This document shows, piece by piece, positions 26,048 to 39,669 of a stretch of DNA of 64,000 bases. Made by a program: the position numbers and the translations under genes. Position 1 is the first letter of the stretch. The number at the start of each line of letters is the position of its first letter. The DNA is from Octopus sinensis. Taxonomy: Eukaryota. The notes under the pieces are model-generated. The model was not told the origin of the DNA and did no database searches. It saw only the letters and a program-made list of their open reading frames with translations. The DNA is taken from assembly GCF_006345805.1 (NCBI RefSeq), contig NC_043020.1:26350001-26414000 (forward strand). The letters run 5' to 3'.

Positions 26048-26689
26048 TAATGACTCAGATATTGATTGAAGACTGGAAGTGTTTGTAGATATTTGTATAC
26101 GTATATATATAGCTATGTAAAATGTTCATACATTACTATGAGGTAGATTAAGTATTTAATGTGTGTATGTTTAACTATGTATGCGTGTGAATAAGATAGA
26201 TAGATAGATTGATAGATAGATAGATGAATGTGTGTGTAGGGGAGGGTGTCTTACTGGGATAAAAATATTATACAGTTTGTGTGTGTGTTCATTTTACTAA
26301 CTTTGTTATAAACAGAAGACTTAAAACATAAGTATGTTGTTTTTAATTAACTGATAGAAATAAAACAGCTGAGGTGTGTGTGTGTGTGCTACATGTAGAC
26401 ACATGTAGACTATAAGCCTTTGTTGGTATTGGAATTTAAGAAAAAAACAACAACCCAAACAAACAAATAAATAAACAAGTGGTTTAAGGTTGTAAAAGAA
26501 TGAAAAGAGAAAAAAGGCAAATGAATGCACAAAAGATATTATCCTAAATTTTGCATATTTGGTGCCGTATTTAACCAAAGTTTGGCTGCGCATAAAATAT
26601 TATAGTCTATTATTGTCTGAACAAAGATATGAAGATATTGTCTGTCCCAGACAAGGCTACCAAGATTTAGTTCTTTGTGGATCTGTCTC

Positions 26690-27370
26690 TCTTACTCACT
26701 ATCTCTCTGCCTCTCTATCTCTCTTCCTCTCTGTCTCTTTCTTTCTCTCTCTCTCTATTCCTCTCTGTCTCTCTCTTCCTCTCTGTCTCTCTTCCTTTCT
26801 GTCTCTCTGTCTCTCTTCCTCTCTCTGTCTCTCTTCCTCTCTCTGTCTCTCTTCCTCTCGCTGTCTCTCTTCCTCTCGCTGTCTCTCTTCCTCTCTGTCT
26901 CTCTTCCTCTCTGTCTCTCTTCCTCTCTGTCTCTCTTCCTCTCTGTCTCTCCCTCTCTGTCTCTCTTCCTCTCTGTCTCTTCCTCTCTGTCTCTCTTCCT
27001 CTCTGCCTCTCTGTCTCTCTTTTTCTCTCTCTGTCTGTCTCTCTCTCTGTCTCTCTGCCTCTCTGCCTCTTTTCCTCTCTGTCTCTCTTTCTCTCTGCCT
27101 CCCTGTCTCTCTTTCTCTCTGTCTCTCTGTCTCTCTCTCTGTCTCTCTCTCTGTCTCTCTCTCTGTCTCTCTCTGTCTCTTTTCCTCTCTGTCTCTCTTC
27201 CTCTCTCTGTCTCTCTGTCTCTGTTCCTCTCTGTCTCTGTTCCTCTCTCTGTCTCTCTTCCTCTCTCTGTCTCTCTTCCTCTCTCTGTCTCTCTCCCTCT
27301 CTCCCTCTCTCTGTCTGTCTCTCTTCCTCTCTCTGTCTCTCTCCCTCTCTGTCTCACTCTTTCTCTCTGT
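26690..27370. repeat. CT-rich minisatellite (tctctcttcctctctg-type units)
   Basis: Directly visible; explains the LSLS/RERE ORFs. Confidence 0.95.
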
Positions 27371-28631
27371 CTTTTCTAAACTGTTAAAAAAATGTAGTTA
27401 CTGAAATTTGTTTTTTTATACCATTTACGGACTGCTTGAAGCTTATTATCTTCCTACACCTTGATCCAGGGATTTTACCTTTACATGTGTGTGTGTGTGT
27501 GTGTGTGGTGTGTGTTCTCCACCCCCAATGCTTGACAACTGTGGTTGCTGTATATACATCCCTGTAACTTAGCAGTTTGTCAAAAGAGACTGATAGAATA
27601 AATACCAGGTTTTAAAAATACAAAATGTGTACTGGAGTTGATTCATTTGACTGAAATTCCTTCAAGGCAGTGCTCCAACATGGCCACAGTCTAGTAACTG
27701 AAACAAGTAAAAGATAACCGATAACAGATGCTTTAATGTTTGCCGTAAATGAGAAAAAAATGACAAACAAACAAACAAATAATAAATAAATAAATATATA
27801 AATAAATAAGCAAGCAACATGGTTCCATTAGGTTTTCATTTTTATTAAAAAAAAATAAAAAGGCAATGAGGTTTTTCCCTGTTTTGGTTTCTACTTCGAA
27901 GCCTCTAATTATTCCGTATAACAATCTAGCGCTATCTTACCATTTCTTCTAACTTTGATCCTTCGTTCAAAACATGGGTTATTTCGCTAAGGCTTTAAGA
28001 TAAGATCTCTTTCATTAGAACCAGCTGCAGAAGTCTCTGTTTTCGCTATCTCAAACTAATCACTTGCAGTTCTGTTAACCCCTTATCCCTTTCCTTACCG
28101 TATTTCTGTAGAAATTCACTGCCTTTGCTGCAATTAATTTTGATAAAATAATGAAGAATTCAATAAGATAACTTTATTATTATTAACCCTTTTAGTGTTA
28201 TCATAATCCTATTGAAATACCCTGCTTTTGTTGCAATTAATTTTGGATATAATGAGTTTAATAAAACGACATGTTTGGAACTTCAATTTACATGAAATTT
28301 TGACTGGAATTTTTAATTTAGAACACTTTAACCATTTCCTTACTGTATTTCTGTAGAAATTCACAGCATTTGTTCTAATTAATTTTGGAAATTAGGAAAA
28401 AATCTAATAAAATAGTTTAGTCAATATTAAGGTGATGTTTGAAAGTTGAATTTGGATAAAAAATTTTGGTTAAAAGTTTTAATTTAGCTCAATTAAACAC
28501 CACTTACCTTACCATTTTTCTGTAGAAATTCACTGCCATTTACTCTATTACTCATTTCAGTCATTTGACTGTGGCCAAAGCCTTGTAAGTGGATTTGGTA
28601 GATGGAAACTGAAAGAAGCCCATCGTATATA

Positions 28632-28664
<33 letters not shown>

Positions 28665-29880
28665 CTGTGTTTGTTCCTCCAACATCGCTTGACAACCAAT
28701 GCTGGTGTGTTTAAGTCCCCAAAACTTAGCGGTTCGGCAAAAGATACTGATAGTATAAGTACTAGGCTTACAAAGAATAATTCCTGGGGTTAATTTGCTC
28801 GACTAAAGGCGGTGCTCCAGCATGGCCACAGTCAAATGACTGAAACAAGTAAAAGAGTAAAAGCTGTGTATTTTCAGTAGAAATATGGCAACCGGAAGAT
28901 TCTATTGTTCATTACTTGCACAATGTAACGTGCAGTGGGACTGAACCTGAAACCATGTGGTTGACAAGCAAATTCCTTACCACTCACCCACGCTCGCTCA
29001 TAATCACTAATTCAACAACTATGCATCTTGTAACATTGATGCACAATGCTGCAGTTCACTTAATTCTTACCATAAAAGCTAGACACTTAGTGTAGTGTTC
29101 TGCATGTTGGTGCAGTTTGGGTGCTGCATGCGGCTTGTGTGCATGTGAGTGTATTTGTGTGCTGCAGTTTGATGCATTAGATGCGAATTGTCACAGTTAG
29201 CAGGTGCAATTGAATTCAGGTTTTATTGCATTTTCTGTTGGTTTAAATGTCATGCAACGAAGAACTGCGCACTTTGGAATAGAGCTGTGCAGACGGATGC
29301 AATTTAGTGTTCACACATGCTCAAGTGCATGCATACACACACACACACACACACTCTCTCTTACCGAATTCTCTTTCACCCAAAGAAAGCCATACTTAGT
29401 AACAGAAAAGCAAGCTCATAGAATCGGTAAAATGTCAGACGAGATGCTTAGTAGCATTTCTGCGACTCTTTATATTCTGAGTTCAAATCCTGCTGAGGTC
29501 GACTTTGTTTTTCATCCTTTCAGGGTCAATAAATTTAGTACTAGTGAAACACTGGGTGGGGTGGGGGGGGGTAATCGACTAGTCCCCTCTCCCCAAATTT
29601 CAAGCCTTGTGCCTTTTGTAGAAAGGGTTATTATTAAGGCGGCGAGCTGGAGGAACCGTTAGCATGCTGGGTAAAAGGCTTAGCGGCATTTTATCCATCT
29701 TTATGTTTTGAGTTTGAATTCTGCCGAGGTGGACTTTGCCTTCCATCCTTTGAAGATCGATAAAATTAGAACCAGTGAAACACTGGGGTTGATGTAATCA
29801 ATTAATTCCCACCCACGAAATTTCAAACTTTGCGCCTTTAGTAGAAAGGATTATTATTATTATTCTTATTACTATTATTG

Positions 29881-29926
<46 letters not shown>

Positions 29927-30139
29927 GGCAATTAGTTGGCAGAATCATTAGCATACCGAAGGAAATACTTATTAGTATTTCGCTTGTCGTTACATTCTGA
30001 GTTCAAATTCTGCCGAGGTCGACTTTGCCTTTCATCCTTTCGGGGTCAATTAAAAAAAGTACCATTTACGCACTGGGGTCGATGTAATCGACTTAATCCC
30101 TGCCCCCAAATGTGAGGCCCTGTGCTTTCAGTAGAAAGG

Positions 30140-30171
<32 letters not shown>

Positions 30172-30188
30172 CAATATTATTATTATTA

Positions 30189-30228
<40 letters not shown>

Positions 30229-30527
30229 CTCCTTTGTATTCTTCGTCCCTCTCTGTTATTACGAACTTATAACTCTGCCTTGATGTACCAATCTGTTACA
30301 AGTCCTTGCTTGCCTGTCTGCCTGCCTGCCTGTCTGTCTGTCTGATAGGTCAGCCAGTCTCTTTTTCTAATTCTCCGTTTTGTCTGTCTGTGCGTCTCTT
30401 CTAAATCCGCCCCCAGGTCTAAACCTGACAATATCTGAGGTATATCACACACACACACATACATACACATACAGGCACACACACGTACACATATGTACAC
30501 ACACATTTATACATACACACTATTACG

Positions 30528-30560
<33 letters not shown>

Positions 30561-30962
30561 CTAAAACAAACACATCTGTTTGTGACTTTCAAAGAACTGT
30601 GAAGGAATTTGGAGAGATTTGAAACAGGAAGCTGGTCCGATATGTCTGTGTGGGCTAGGTTGGGGTGGGGTGGTCGGGGTGAACGGTGGTGGTGGTGAGT
30701 GGTAGGAGGTGATGGTTGTGGGTGGAGGTAAGACGCCATCTTGCATCTGCGTAATTCTTCCAGCCGACAATCCACCACCACCACCACCACCTTTTTTTCC
30801 TTCTCTTCTCTATTTCTATTTCTCTCTCCCTCTGTTCCCGAGAACCTTCTTTTTTCTGCTGCTTACTGCAATTAAGGGGTCATAAATAGCAAGATATAAA
30901 TGTTTTGAAGGGTAATGGAATGAAACAAGATTATTATCATCATCATTATTATTATTATTATT

Positions 30963-31300
30963 GTGAAGGTACATGGCTCAGTAGTTAGAGTGTAGAGCTT
31001 ACAATTGTGACGTTGTGAGTTCGATTTCCGGACCAAGCTGTGTGTAGTGTTCTTGAGCAAGACACTTTATTTTACGTTGCTCCAGTTCACTCAGCTGTAG
31101 AAATGAGTTGCGACGTCACAGGTGCCAAGCTGTATCGGCCCCTTTGCCCTCCCCTTGGATAACATCAGTGGTGTGGAGAGTGGACGCCGGTATGCATGGG
31201 CGACTGCTGGTCTTCCACAAACAATCTTGCCCTGAATTGTGCCTCGGAGGGAAACTTTCTAGGCGCAATCCCATGATCATTCATGACCGAAGGGGGTCTC
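30963..31300 (+). mobile_element. tRNA-derived SINE family D with a CORE-like central domain
   Basis: Head ggctcagtagttagagtg...gagttcgatttcc; central cttgagcaagacactt...cagctgtagaaatgag. Partial copies at ~44255-44520 (+) and ~21185-21260 (-). Confidence 0.8.
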
Positions 31301-32287
31301 CTATTATTATTATTATTATTATTAAGGCAGTGAACTGGCTGAGTCATTAACATGCTGAGTGAAATGCTTAGCGGCATTTCAACTGTCTTTACGTTCTGAG
31401 TTCAAATTCAGCTGAGGTCAAATTCACCTTCATCCTTTCAGGGTTGATAAAATAAGTACCAGCTGCACACTGGGGTCGATGTAATCAACTCATCCCCTCT
31501 CACAAAGTTGCTACCTTTGTGGCAAACTTTGAAACTTATCATTATTATTATCATTATTATTATTATTATTATTAATATTATTATTATTATAGTTATTATT
31601 ATATAATTCTGCATGTCATTGTATTACTTCGCCCGTTGGTAACATTTTCTTGTGATTAGAGAAAGAGAGGCAGAAAAAAAAGAGGGAGAGAGAAAAAGTG
31701 GGAGAGAGAAGCGTCCATGACGTGAGGCAGAGGGAATGTAATTATAATGCTTTCACGTGATTAGGTGAAGAGAAAGAGGATAAGGCAAAAAGGAGGAAAA
31801 AAGAAAGCAAAAGATGGAGAGAGAAAAAGCGAGAGAGAAGCGTCCATGGTGTGAGGAAGGAGGAAGAGAATGATTTCAACAGAGGGGTGATGTTCTGATG
31901 GCAAGGTTAAAGAAAGGCAGAGAGAGAAGGGGAGAGAGAGAGATGATGATGGTGGTGGTGGTGGAGATTGGATAGTGTAAAATATATATATTTTAAAAAT
32001 TGAACTAAGTTTTTTATATCCCTATTGCTTTACGCATGTGCATAAGAGCGATTCCGTGAAATATTCACGCTTATTTACATGGCAAATATATGCAATTTAA
32101 CTAAAGGTTGTATCATATGTACTGGTTATTTTTTTCTGTTTAAGGGGAAAAATAAGAGAGAATATTTATTTTATGAATGCTCTGTATTAAGTCTATAAAA
32201 TTGTGCATAAAGTATACACAGTGTATATATAAAATGCATTAAGTAATCGTTGTATTCCAATTTCTTTCATTTTTCAATGAGTTGCAG

Positions 32288-32370
32288 ATGAGACACTGTC
32301 TTTCTATACAGACACAACACAGGCTACGTTTTCAGGTTTTGGGATAAATTTTTCAGACATAACCCAATAA
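32288..32370 (+). CDS. Candidate exon, possibly the C-terminal strands of a CUB domain (DETLSFYTDTTQATFSGFGINFSDITQ*)
   Basis: Pyrimidine tract plus ttgcag acceptor. FxTD...SGF resembles the CUB motif FxSDxxxxxxGF. An alternative frame 32312-32386 (HNTGYVFRFWDKFFRHNPIILLSI) is also open. Confidence 0.3.
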
Positions 32371-33219
32371 TTTTACTATCAATTCCGTAAAATAATGGGT
32401 CCTGCTAGTGCTTTATTATTATTATTACTATTAAGCAGTAAGATGGCAGAATTGTTAGCAAGCTGGGCAAAATGTTTAGCAGCATTTCATCTGTCATGTT
32501 CGGAGTTCAAATTCCACTGAGGTTGACTTTGCTTTCATTCTTTCAGCATCAATAGAAACAGTATTTGTTGGGTTCTGAGCTCGATGTAACTGACTGGCCC
32601 TTTCTTAAGGTTTCAGGTCTTGTGCCTACATCAGAAAGAATTATCAAGTTGGCAAGTGTCCTGGGTGTTCTCTATGTGGCACCAGCACAGGTGGGGTTTT
32701 TTTCTGTGGCACTGGTATAGATGCTTTTTACCTGTGCTGGTACCATTTAAAAACACCTGTGTCAGTGCCACATACGAAGCACCTGTATCGGTCTTACATA
32801 AAAAGTATCCAGTACACTCTGTAAAGTGTTTGGTGCTAGGAAGGGCATCCAACCATAGAAACTATAAAATGCACCCAGTGTGCTCTGTAAAGTGGTTGGC
32901 TTTAGAAGGGGTGTCCAGCTGTAGAAACCATGCCAAAACGGACAATAGGAGCAAGGTGCAGCTCTCCGGCCTTGCCAGCCCCTGTCAAAACCTCCAACCC
33001 ATGCCAACATGGAAAAACAAAGTTTAATGATGATGGTGATAACGATGATGATGATGATGATGATTATGGTGATGTGTTGAGCTGCTATTGTGACTATCAT
33101 ACAGACCCATTCTTTGTTTTGGAAGAGAACAACTAAAACCAAAACGAACCATAAATGTGGTTGCTTTTATTCAATTCCGTCGTTCCCTTCCAAAATGAAG
33201 AACGGCTGTTTATTAACAG

Positions 33220-33290
33220 AACTGTCATGAAGAACAGCAGATCTTTGATGGGAGGATTGAGCTTCTAAATTGTTTTGAAACCATTGTTCT
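33220..33290 (+). CDS. Candidate exon (NCHEEQQIFDGRIELLNCFETIV-L)
   Basis: ttattaacag acceptor, CT|gtaaat donor; phase 0->2 is compatible with the 37533 exon. Confidence 0.3.
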
Positions 33291-34089
33291 GTAAATGTGA
33301 AATGGTAAATCAAATTTTTGGCAGAGTCTTGGATCTTTCAGACTTTACAACACACAGCGAAACTATTTCCTTACAAATTATGTTCTTGCTTCTATTAATA
33401 ACATATTTAATTTTTTATCTTAGAAAAATTCTTTCAGTCATTAGACTGTGGCCATGATGGGGCACTGCCTTGAAGAGTTTTAGTTAAATAAATTGACTCC
33501 AGTTTTTTTTTTTGTGTGTTTTTGTTTTAATTGTCTGATACTTATTCTTTTGGTATCTTCGGCCAAGTTAAAGAACATAAACAAACCAACAATGGTTGTC
33601 AAGCATTGGCAGAGGGAAAACAAAGATACACACACACAAACACATATATTTAATCCAAAATCCTTATCTTTGACTTGTTTTAGCCATTAGACTGTGGCCA
33701 TGCTGGAGCACCGCTTTGAACTTTTAGTTGAATGAATTAATCCCAGGACTTATTTTTGAAAACTTCGTACTTCTTCTATTGATCCCTTTTGCCAAACAGC
33801 TAAGTTACAGGGACATAAACACACCCACTTCGGTTCTCAAGTGGTGGTGAGGAGGATGAACACACACACTCATGATGGGCTTCTTTCAGTTTCCGTCTAC
33901 CAAATCCATTCACAAGGCTTTGGTAGGCCTGAGTTTATAGTAGAAGATACTTGCTGAAGGTGCTATGCAGCAGGACTGAAACCAAAACCATGTGGTCGCA
34001 AAGAATGCTTCTTAACCACACAGCCACCATACATGTGCTGGTTATGGAGACAACATGTACAATTATTCCTTTGTAGTTCCTGAAACGGT

Positions 34090-34464
34090 CATCCTGTAAA
34101 TTTCGGTCGAGTGTCTAACCATATTTTGGATCCCTTGAGAAGAGAATATGCCATAACGCTATTGAGAAATTTAAGTAAGGCTAATGGGTTTCATAATGGA
34201 TCCAAAATAACCAATATCACATTTACATGATGGAATAATTGAAGACAATATTGTTAGAGAAAGCGAACATTATGGAGTCCATGTCATTGGACCAAGAATT
34301 AAACAGAGACCTTTTGACACTGTGTTGCCGTTATGACTTCGGTTCCAGAACATTCTTTCACAATGACAAGCAATAAATCTCAAAGGCAATCGTGTAGAGT
34401 AATAGGTCTGTTCTTTATAACTGATCTTATTTGTTTCATGAAGAATTCTGTGAGAATTCCCAGG
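34090..34464 (+). pseudogene. Helitron PIF1-like helicase C-terminal remnant
   Basis: HPVNF..., ITLLRNLSKANGFHNGS, GPRI and SFTMTSNKSQRQSCRVIGL match the Helitron/PIF1 motifs MLLRNL...GLCNGTRL, IPRI and AFAMTINKSQGQS...VGL, with frameshifts and stops. Confidence 0.85.
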
Positions 34465-34785
34465 AGGGAATTCTATGCGTCTCTGTTAAAAAAAAAAAAA
34501 CAATTGCACGATATACTGCAGTTTACAGTGATTATGTAATGAGACTGTTGCCAATGTTAAATCAACTCATTTCTGTGTGTATATGTGTATGTGTGTGTAT
34601 ATATATGTATATATATGTATGCATGTGTGTATGTGTGTATGTATGTGTTTGACTGTTTGTGTGTAAATGTTTCTTTTTATATGCATGTGTGTTATATGTT
34701 TGTGTGTATATATATATATTATATGTGTGTCTGTATATGCTGCATATATGTATGTATATATATGTATGTATATGTGTGTGTGTGT

Positions 34786-34824
<39 letters not shown>

Positions 34825-34875
34825 CGTATATATATGTATTTATATGTGTATGATTATATATGTATATATACGTGT

Positions 34876-34908
<33 letters not shown>

Positions 34909-35360
34909 GCATACACACCAATATTTTCATATATCGATACATACATTTATATATATAGCTATATATATATATTATATAATATATCACTCTCTCTCTTTCG
35001 GAGAGGCACTGAGCAGCTACACGCACACATACACACACGGCAGTAACTTCCTACCGAATTCAATCACAAAGCTCCGGTCAGCTCGGGGCTATTGTGAAAG
35101 ACACCTACCCAAACTGCCATGCAGTGGGACTGAACCCGAAACCATGTAGCTAGGAAGCAAGCTCCCTAACCACACAGCCATGCTCTTGCCTACTATATAT
35201 ATATGTATATTTATAAATGTTCATACATTGGTATGTGGTTAAATATGTTGCCTCTTTGTCATATGGTCTCCAGTTCAATCCCACTGCACAGCACTTTGCA
35301 CCTAAAGCCAGGAACTTTTCACCGCTTCCTCATAATATATATATATGTATATATATACTA

Positions 35361-35579
35361 CTCGGGGCTACTGAAAGGTTCCTGGGTTTAATGATAGTGC
35401 AAAAGGCCTGTTTGGAGGTCCAACCTTCTGAGATCTCTAACAGATCTTAGAAAAACGGAAGGACCACTGCAATAAGTGTGTGAATCTGAGAGAGGAATAT
35501 GTTGAGTAAAATCATGATTAAATGATACTCCTGTATCTTCCTTTTGCTCAAAACCAGGAACTTTTTCAGCATCCCTTTG
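35361..35579 (+). mobile_element. Mariner-derived MITE/deletion derivative
   Basis: TIR-like ends (ggggctactgaaaggttcctgg / ccaggaactttttcagcatccc) in a TA context, and a remnant of the transposase C-terminus (CNKCVNLRxEYVE). Another fragment at ~41470-41605. Confidence 0.8.
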
Positions 35580-35599
35580 TAAGCTCATCCCAGCAGAAA

Positions 35600-35847
35600 A
35601 GGCACACACACACACACACACATACATACACACACACACATACACCCACACACAAACACACACATACAGACACACACACACACACACATACAAGACACAC
35701 AACCACACACACATAAGACCCACACACACACACATACACCCACACACAACAACCACAACATACACACCACACACACACACACAGACACACACCACATACA
35801 CACACACCACATACACCACACACAAACCACACATACACACATACAGA

Positions 35848-35886
<39 letters not shown>

Positions 35887-35950
35887 GACACACACACACA
35901 CACTACAGACACACACACCACATACACCCCACACAAACCACACACATACA

Positions 35951-35989
<39 letters not shown>

Positions 35990-36243
35990 GACCACACACA
36001 CATACACCCACCCACACACAAACACACACATACACACATACAGACCACCCACACACATACAGACACACACACACATACAGACACACACACACATACACCC
36101 ACACACAAACACACACACACACACACACATATACAGACACACACACATATACAGACACACACACATACAGACACACACACACATACAGACACACACACAC
36201 ATACAGACACACACACACATACAGACACACACACATACATACA

Positions 36244-36277
<34 letters not shown>

Positions 36278-36350
36278 TAACACACAAACAACACACATAC
36301 ACACACACACACATACACCCACATACACTTGCTCTCTCTCTCTCTCTCTC
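35600..36350. repeat. (CA)n-rich compound microsatellite
   Basis: Directly visible. Confidence 0.95.
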
Positions 36351-37532
36351 TCACACACACATACACATGGACAGTTACATATACTCATACATATATACAC
36401 CCAAACAAACACACACACACACTCAAACAACACACACATGTACTCACACACACACACATTCTCTCTCTCTCTCAAGCACCACACACTCATATATCCACAC
36501 AGAGAGTTACATATACACATACATACGTACACCCCAAATGCACCCTCTCAAAGCTACACTCACCTGGAGCACCTGCCTCTCCCACCACGCTCCCCTACAT
36601 CCATCTCCAAGACTTCACCACATTCCAAACTGACTCTAATTTAATGTTAACAAGATGGCTAAAGTTGCTTCTTGGATTCCTCTTCCAGTGTTGATTGATT
36701 CTCTCTCCCTCTCCCCTCTTTCTCGCTCTCTATTTCCCCTCTCTCTTTCCTTCCTCTCTGTCCTTTCTTTGCTCCCACCCTCTGTGATATTCCACTTCAT
36801 TCTTTTTTCTCTTCTTTGCATATTGTTTCATATATATATATATATATATATATGCATTTATATGTGTGGGTATATATATATATATATGTATATATGTTTA
36901 TGTATATATGTATATATATATATGTTTATGTATATATGTATATATATATGTTTATGTATATATGTATATATATATGTTTATGTATATATGTATATATATA
37001 TGTTTATGTATATATGTATATATATATGTTTATGTATATATTATATATATATATTGTTTATGTATATATTATATATATGTTTATGTATATATGTACATAT
37101 ATATGTATCTATGTATATACACACACAAACGTGGGTGTATATGTTTATATACATGTGTGTACCTATGTGTCCATACACATATATCTGTATGTGTATATAT
37201 GTCTGTGTGTATAATATGTCTGTGTATATATGTTTGTGTGTGTATGTATATATATGTGTATACATATATACGTATATATGTATGAGTGTATCTGTATGTA
37301 ATATGTATATACGTGTACATAGGTTTGATAAGTGCCATGCATGAAATTCTCAGCCCTTGAATCACTTTTGAAACTTTTCTGCTGACTAAAACACACATAC
37401 ACACACACATTTGTGTGTGTGTATGTGTATATATATATATATGTGTGTGTTTGTATGTATATATATATATATATATAAATATATATAACACAAATTTGTG
37501 TATACGCCTTTTATGTGAAGCAGTTTTAATAG

Positions 37533-37631
37533 CTGGAACTCTCTTAATGCGTCAAGAAAAGCTGCAGTAAATCATATCCAATCACTGTTTAACATCCCCC
37601 AAACAGCAGCAACAAAAGAGCAGCAAGGGAG
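37533..37631 (+). CDS. Candidate 99-nt exon (WNSLNASRKAAVNHIQSLFNIPQTAATKEQQG-R)
   Basis: ttttaatag acceptor, GAG|gtaact donor; only the phase 2->2 frame is open; unique sequence. Confidence 0.45.
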
Positions 37632-37894
37632 GTAACTTGTTGAGATCCATTCCTATTTGCTTTCCTCTTCCATTTCCAATAACGCAGTTAGCACAGCTGA
37701 TAGCATTGGGATTATCTCCCTTATTTTCATTAGATATCATTAGATATGAAACACCCTCGGCAGGGGTTTATATCTGCTGATTGCATGGATAATTTCAACT
37801 AATCATTACAACTCACTGAGTTGTGCATGTGCTGCCAGTTCTACTTTGATAGCAATTTCCTCTGTGAGTGTGCATGCATGAGTATATATCATCA

Positions 37895-38285
37895 TCATCA
37901 TCATCGATTAACGTCCGTTTTCCATGCTGGCATGGGTTGGACGGTTTGACTGAGGTCTGGAGAGCAAGCGGTTGCACCAGGCTCCAATCTGGTCTGGCAG
38001 AGTTTCTACAGCTGGATGCCCTTCCTAATGCCAACCACTCTGAGAGTGCAGTGGGTGGTTTTTACGTGCCACCGGCACAGGAGCCAGTAAAGCGGGCCTG
38101 GCAACGAGCACATTCAGATGGTGCCTTTTACGTGCCACCGGCACAGGAGCCAGTCAGTGGGTAGTGGCGTCAGTCACGATCAGTTGGTGCTTTTTGTGCC
38201 ACTGGCACCAGAGCCTGCAAGGTGGGCCTAGCAACGAGCACGTTCAGATAGTACTTTTTACGTGCCACCTGCAGAGGACCCAGTC
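37895..38285 (-). mobile_element. SINE family C (RTE-like tail ...ccatgccagcatggaaaacggacgttaa(tcg)atgatgatg) with an internal VNTR
   Basis: ttttacgtgccacc repeats at ~38060, 38126 and 38256. Other copies at ~24270-24365, 32850-33030, 42040-42650, 44740-45075, 50810-50955 and 55680-55840. Confidence 0.85.
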
Positions 38286-38800
38286 AAGATATATATATAA
38301 TGTTGGCAAATGGAATAAGTATAAAAATGAACATTGTCAATTTAATTAAAAAATTCCATATGTGGCTGAAGAGTGCTCTACATTTTAATACTGATGTAAT
38401 ATTTACATTGTTTAATTAAATGAAGTAGCATGAAACGATTGTACTACACTACCTTTGGATATCCTTGTTGCTTATTTTGACGTGCCTTGATTCTAATGAA
38501 TCATATTACTAATCTGTGTCTATATATAAATAATCACACACACACACATGCTCCCATATGCACACAACATAATTTTAAGCTTGCCCATGCATAGTAACAC
38601 ACATGCTCCCATTCACACATAGACACACTATTCTTACATGCACACACACACACTTGTGCACCCCAGTTCAACTGGGTCACCATTACTATCTCCCCTTCAC
38701 TCAGCCTCTTTCTTCCAGTCATTTCATTTTGTTAAACTGTTAACCCCTATACATGTTCTACTCCCTTCATTTTTTTCTGTATTTTTTTTTCCTCTCATCC

Positions 38801-38836
38801 CTTTCTGTTAAAGAGCGTAGGCTCGAAATGTCAAAG
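38801..38836 (+). ncRNA. Mutated minimal hammerhead motif
   Basis: CTTT-CTGTTAA-A-GAGC-GTAG-GCTC-GAAA-TG-TC-AAAG; same subfamily as the 2552 copy. Confidence 0.55.
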
Positions 38837-39033
38837 AAGTTTCTATTCTTCCTGAGCATCAAACTAATACACCTGCCTGTTGTTCCTTCACCTGTCTTCC
38901 TTTATTTTCTGTAAATTTGAACTATATATATATACATACATATATATATATATGCATACACACACACTCAACATCTTATATATATATATCTGTATTTCAT
39001 AATTAACTAATTGATATTTTCTTTTTATTTTAG

Positions 39034-39142
39034 GTAAGTTTCAATATTTCAATGGACTCTTTACCTACCTTAATGGGATGTTGTAGGATTCATGCCTGTG
39101 CCAGGTAAAATAAATATGCATTTACCTTTCCCTGCAATTAAG
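39034..39142 (+). other. Strong splice acceptor followed directly by GTAAGT; candidate exon with donors at 39105 (CAG|gtaaaa) or 39143 (AAG|gtatgt)
   Basis: Branch-like CTAAT ~25 nt upstream and pyrimidine tract tattttctttttattttag. The frame MPVPGKINMHLPFPAIK ends in phase 0 at 39142. Confidence 0.5.
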
Positions 39143-39276
39143 GTATGTCTTTTTAATTTTATGTCTCAGAGTCACACCCTTATCTATACACACACAACAC
39201 ACCACACACCACACACATATATATATAAAGTCAAGAAACAATATGTATTTATCTGCTAATATATTTTCCTTCATAG

Positions 39277-39324
39277 TTTGATTTGATTTTGTGGATAATA
39301 GACTCAAATATACCTGATGAAATG
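39277..39324 (+). CDS. Candidate 48-nt coding exon (FDLILWIIDSNIPDEM)
   Basis: CTAAT branch, ttttccttcatag acceptor, ATG|gtatgg donor; only phase 0 is open. Confidence 0.6.
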
Positions 39325-39669
39325 GTATGGTTATGTAACAATATACAATTATGTAATATACTTTTTGTAACATATTTCTACTATATATATATATATATAC
39401 ATGCAGTGTGTGTATGTATATGTATGTATATATATACTATATATACATACATATAAACATATGCATTGTGTATATGTATAATATATAATATATATATATA
39501 TGGAACAGCCATGTTAATTTCATGGCTGTTCCATTAATTGGATCAACTAGAACAATCATTGTCATAACTGACGGTATGCCAATTTTATATAAATGTATAT
39601 GTTATATATGTGTATGTGTGTGTGTGTGTGTGTTACATGGCTTGTGTTTCAACTCTTTTCTATCTGTAG

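Noticed and set aside
27943-27990. Minus-strand exon ending ATG|gtaaga (LSEITHVLNEGSKLEEM); also a 16-nt minus microexon near 47426-47441
   Set aside because: Acceptors and frames are ambiguous, and no coherent minus-strand chain could be built.
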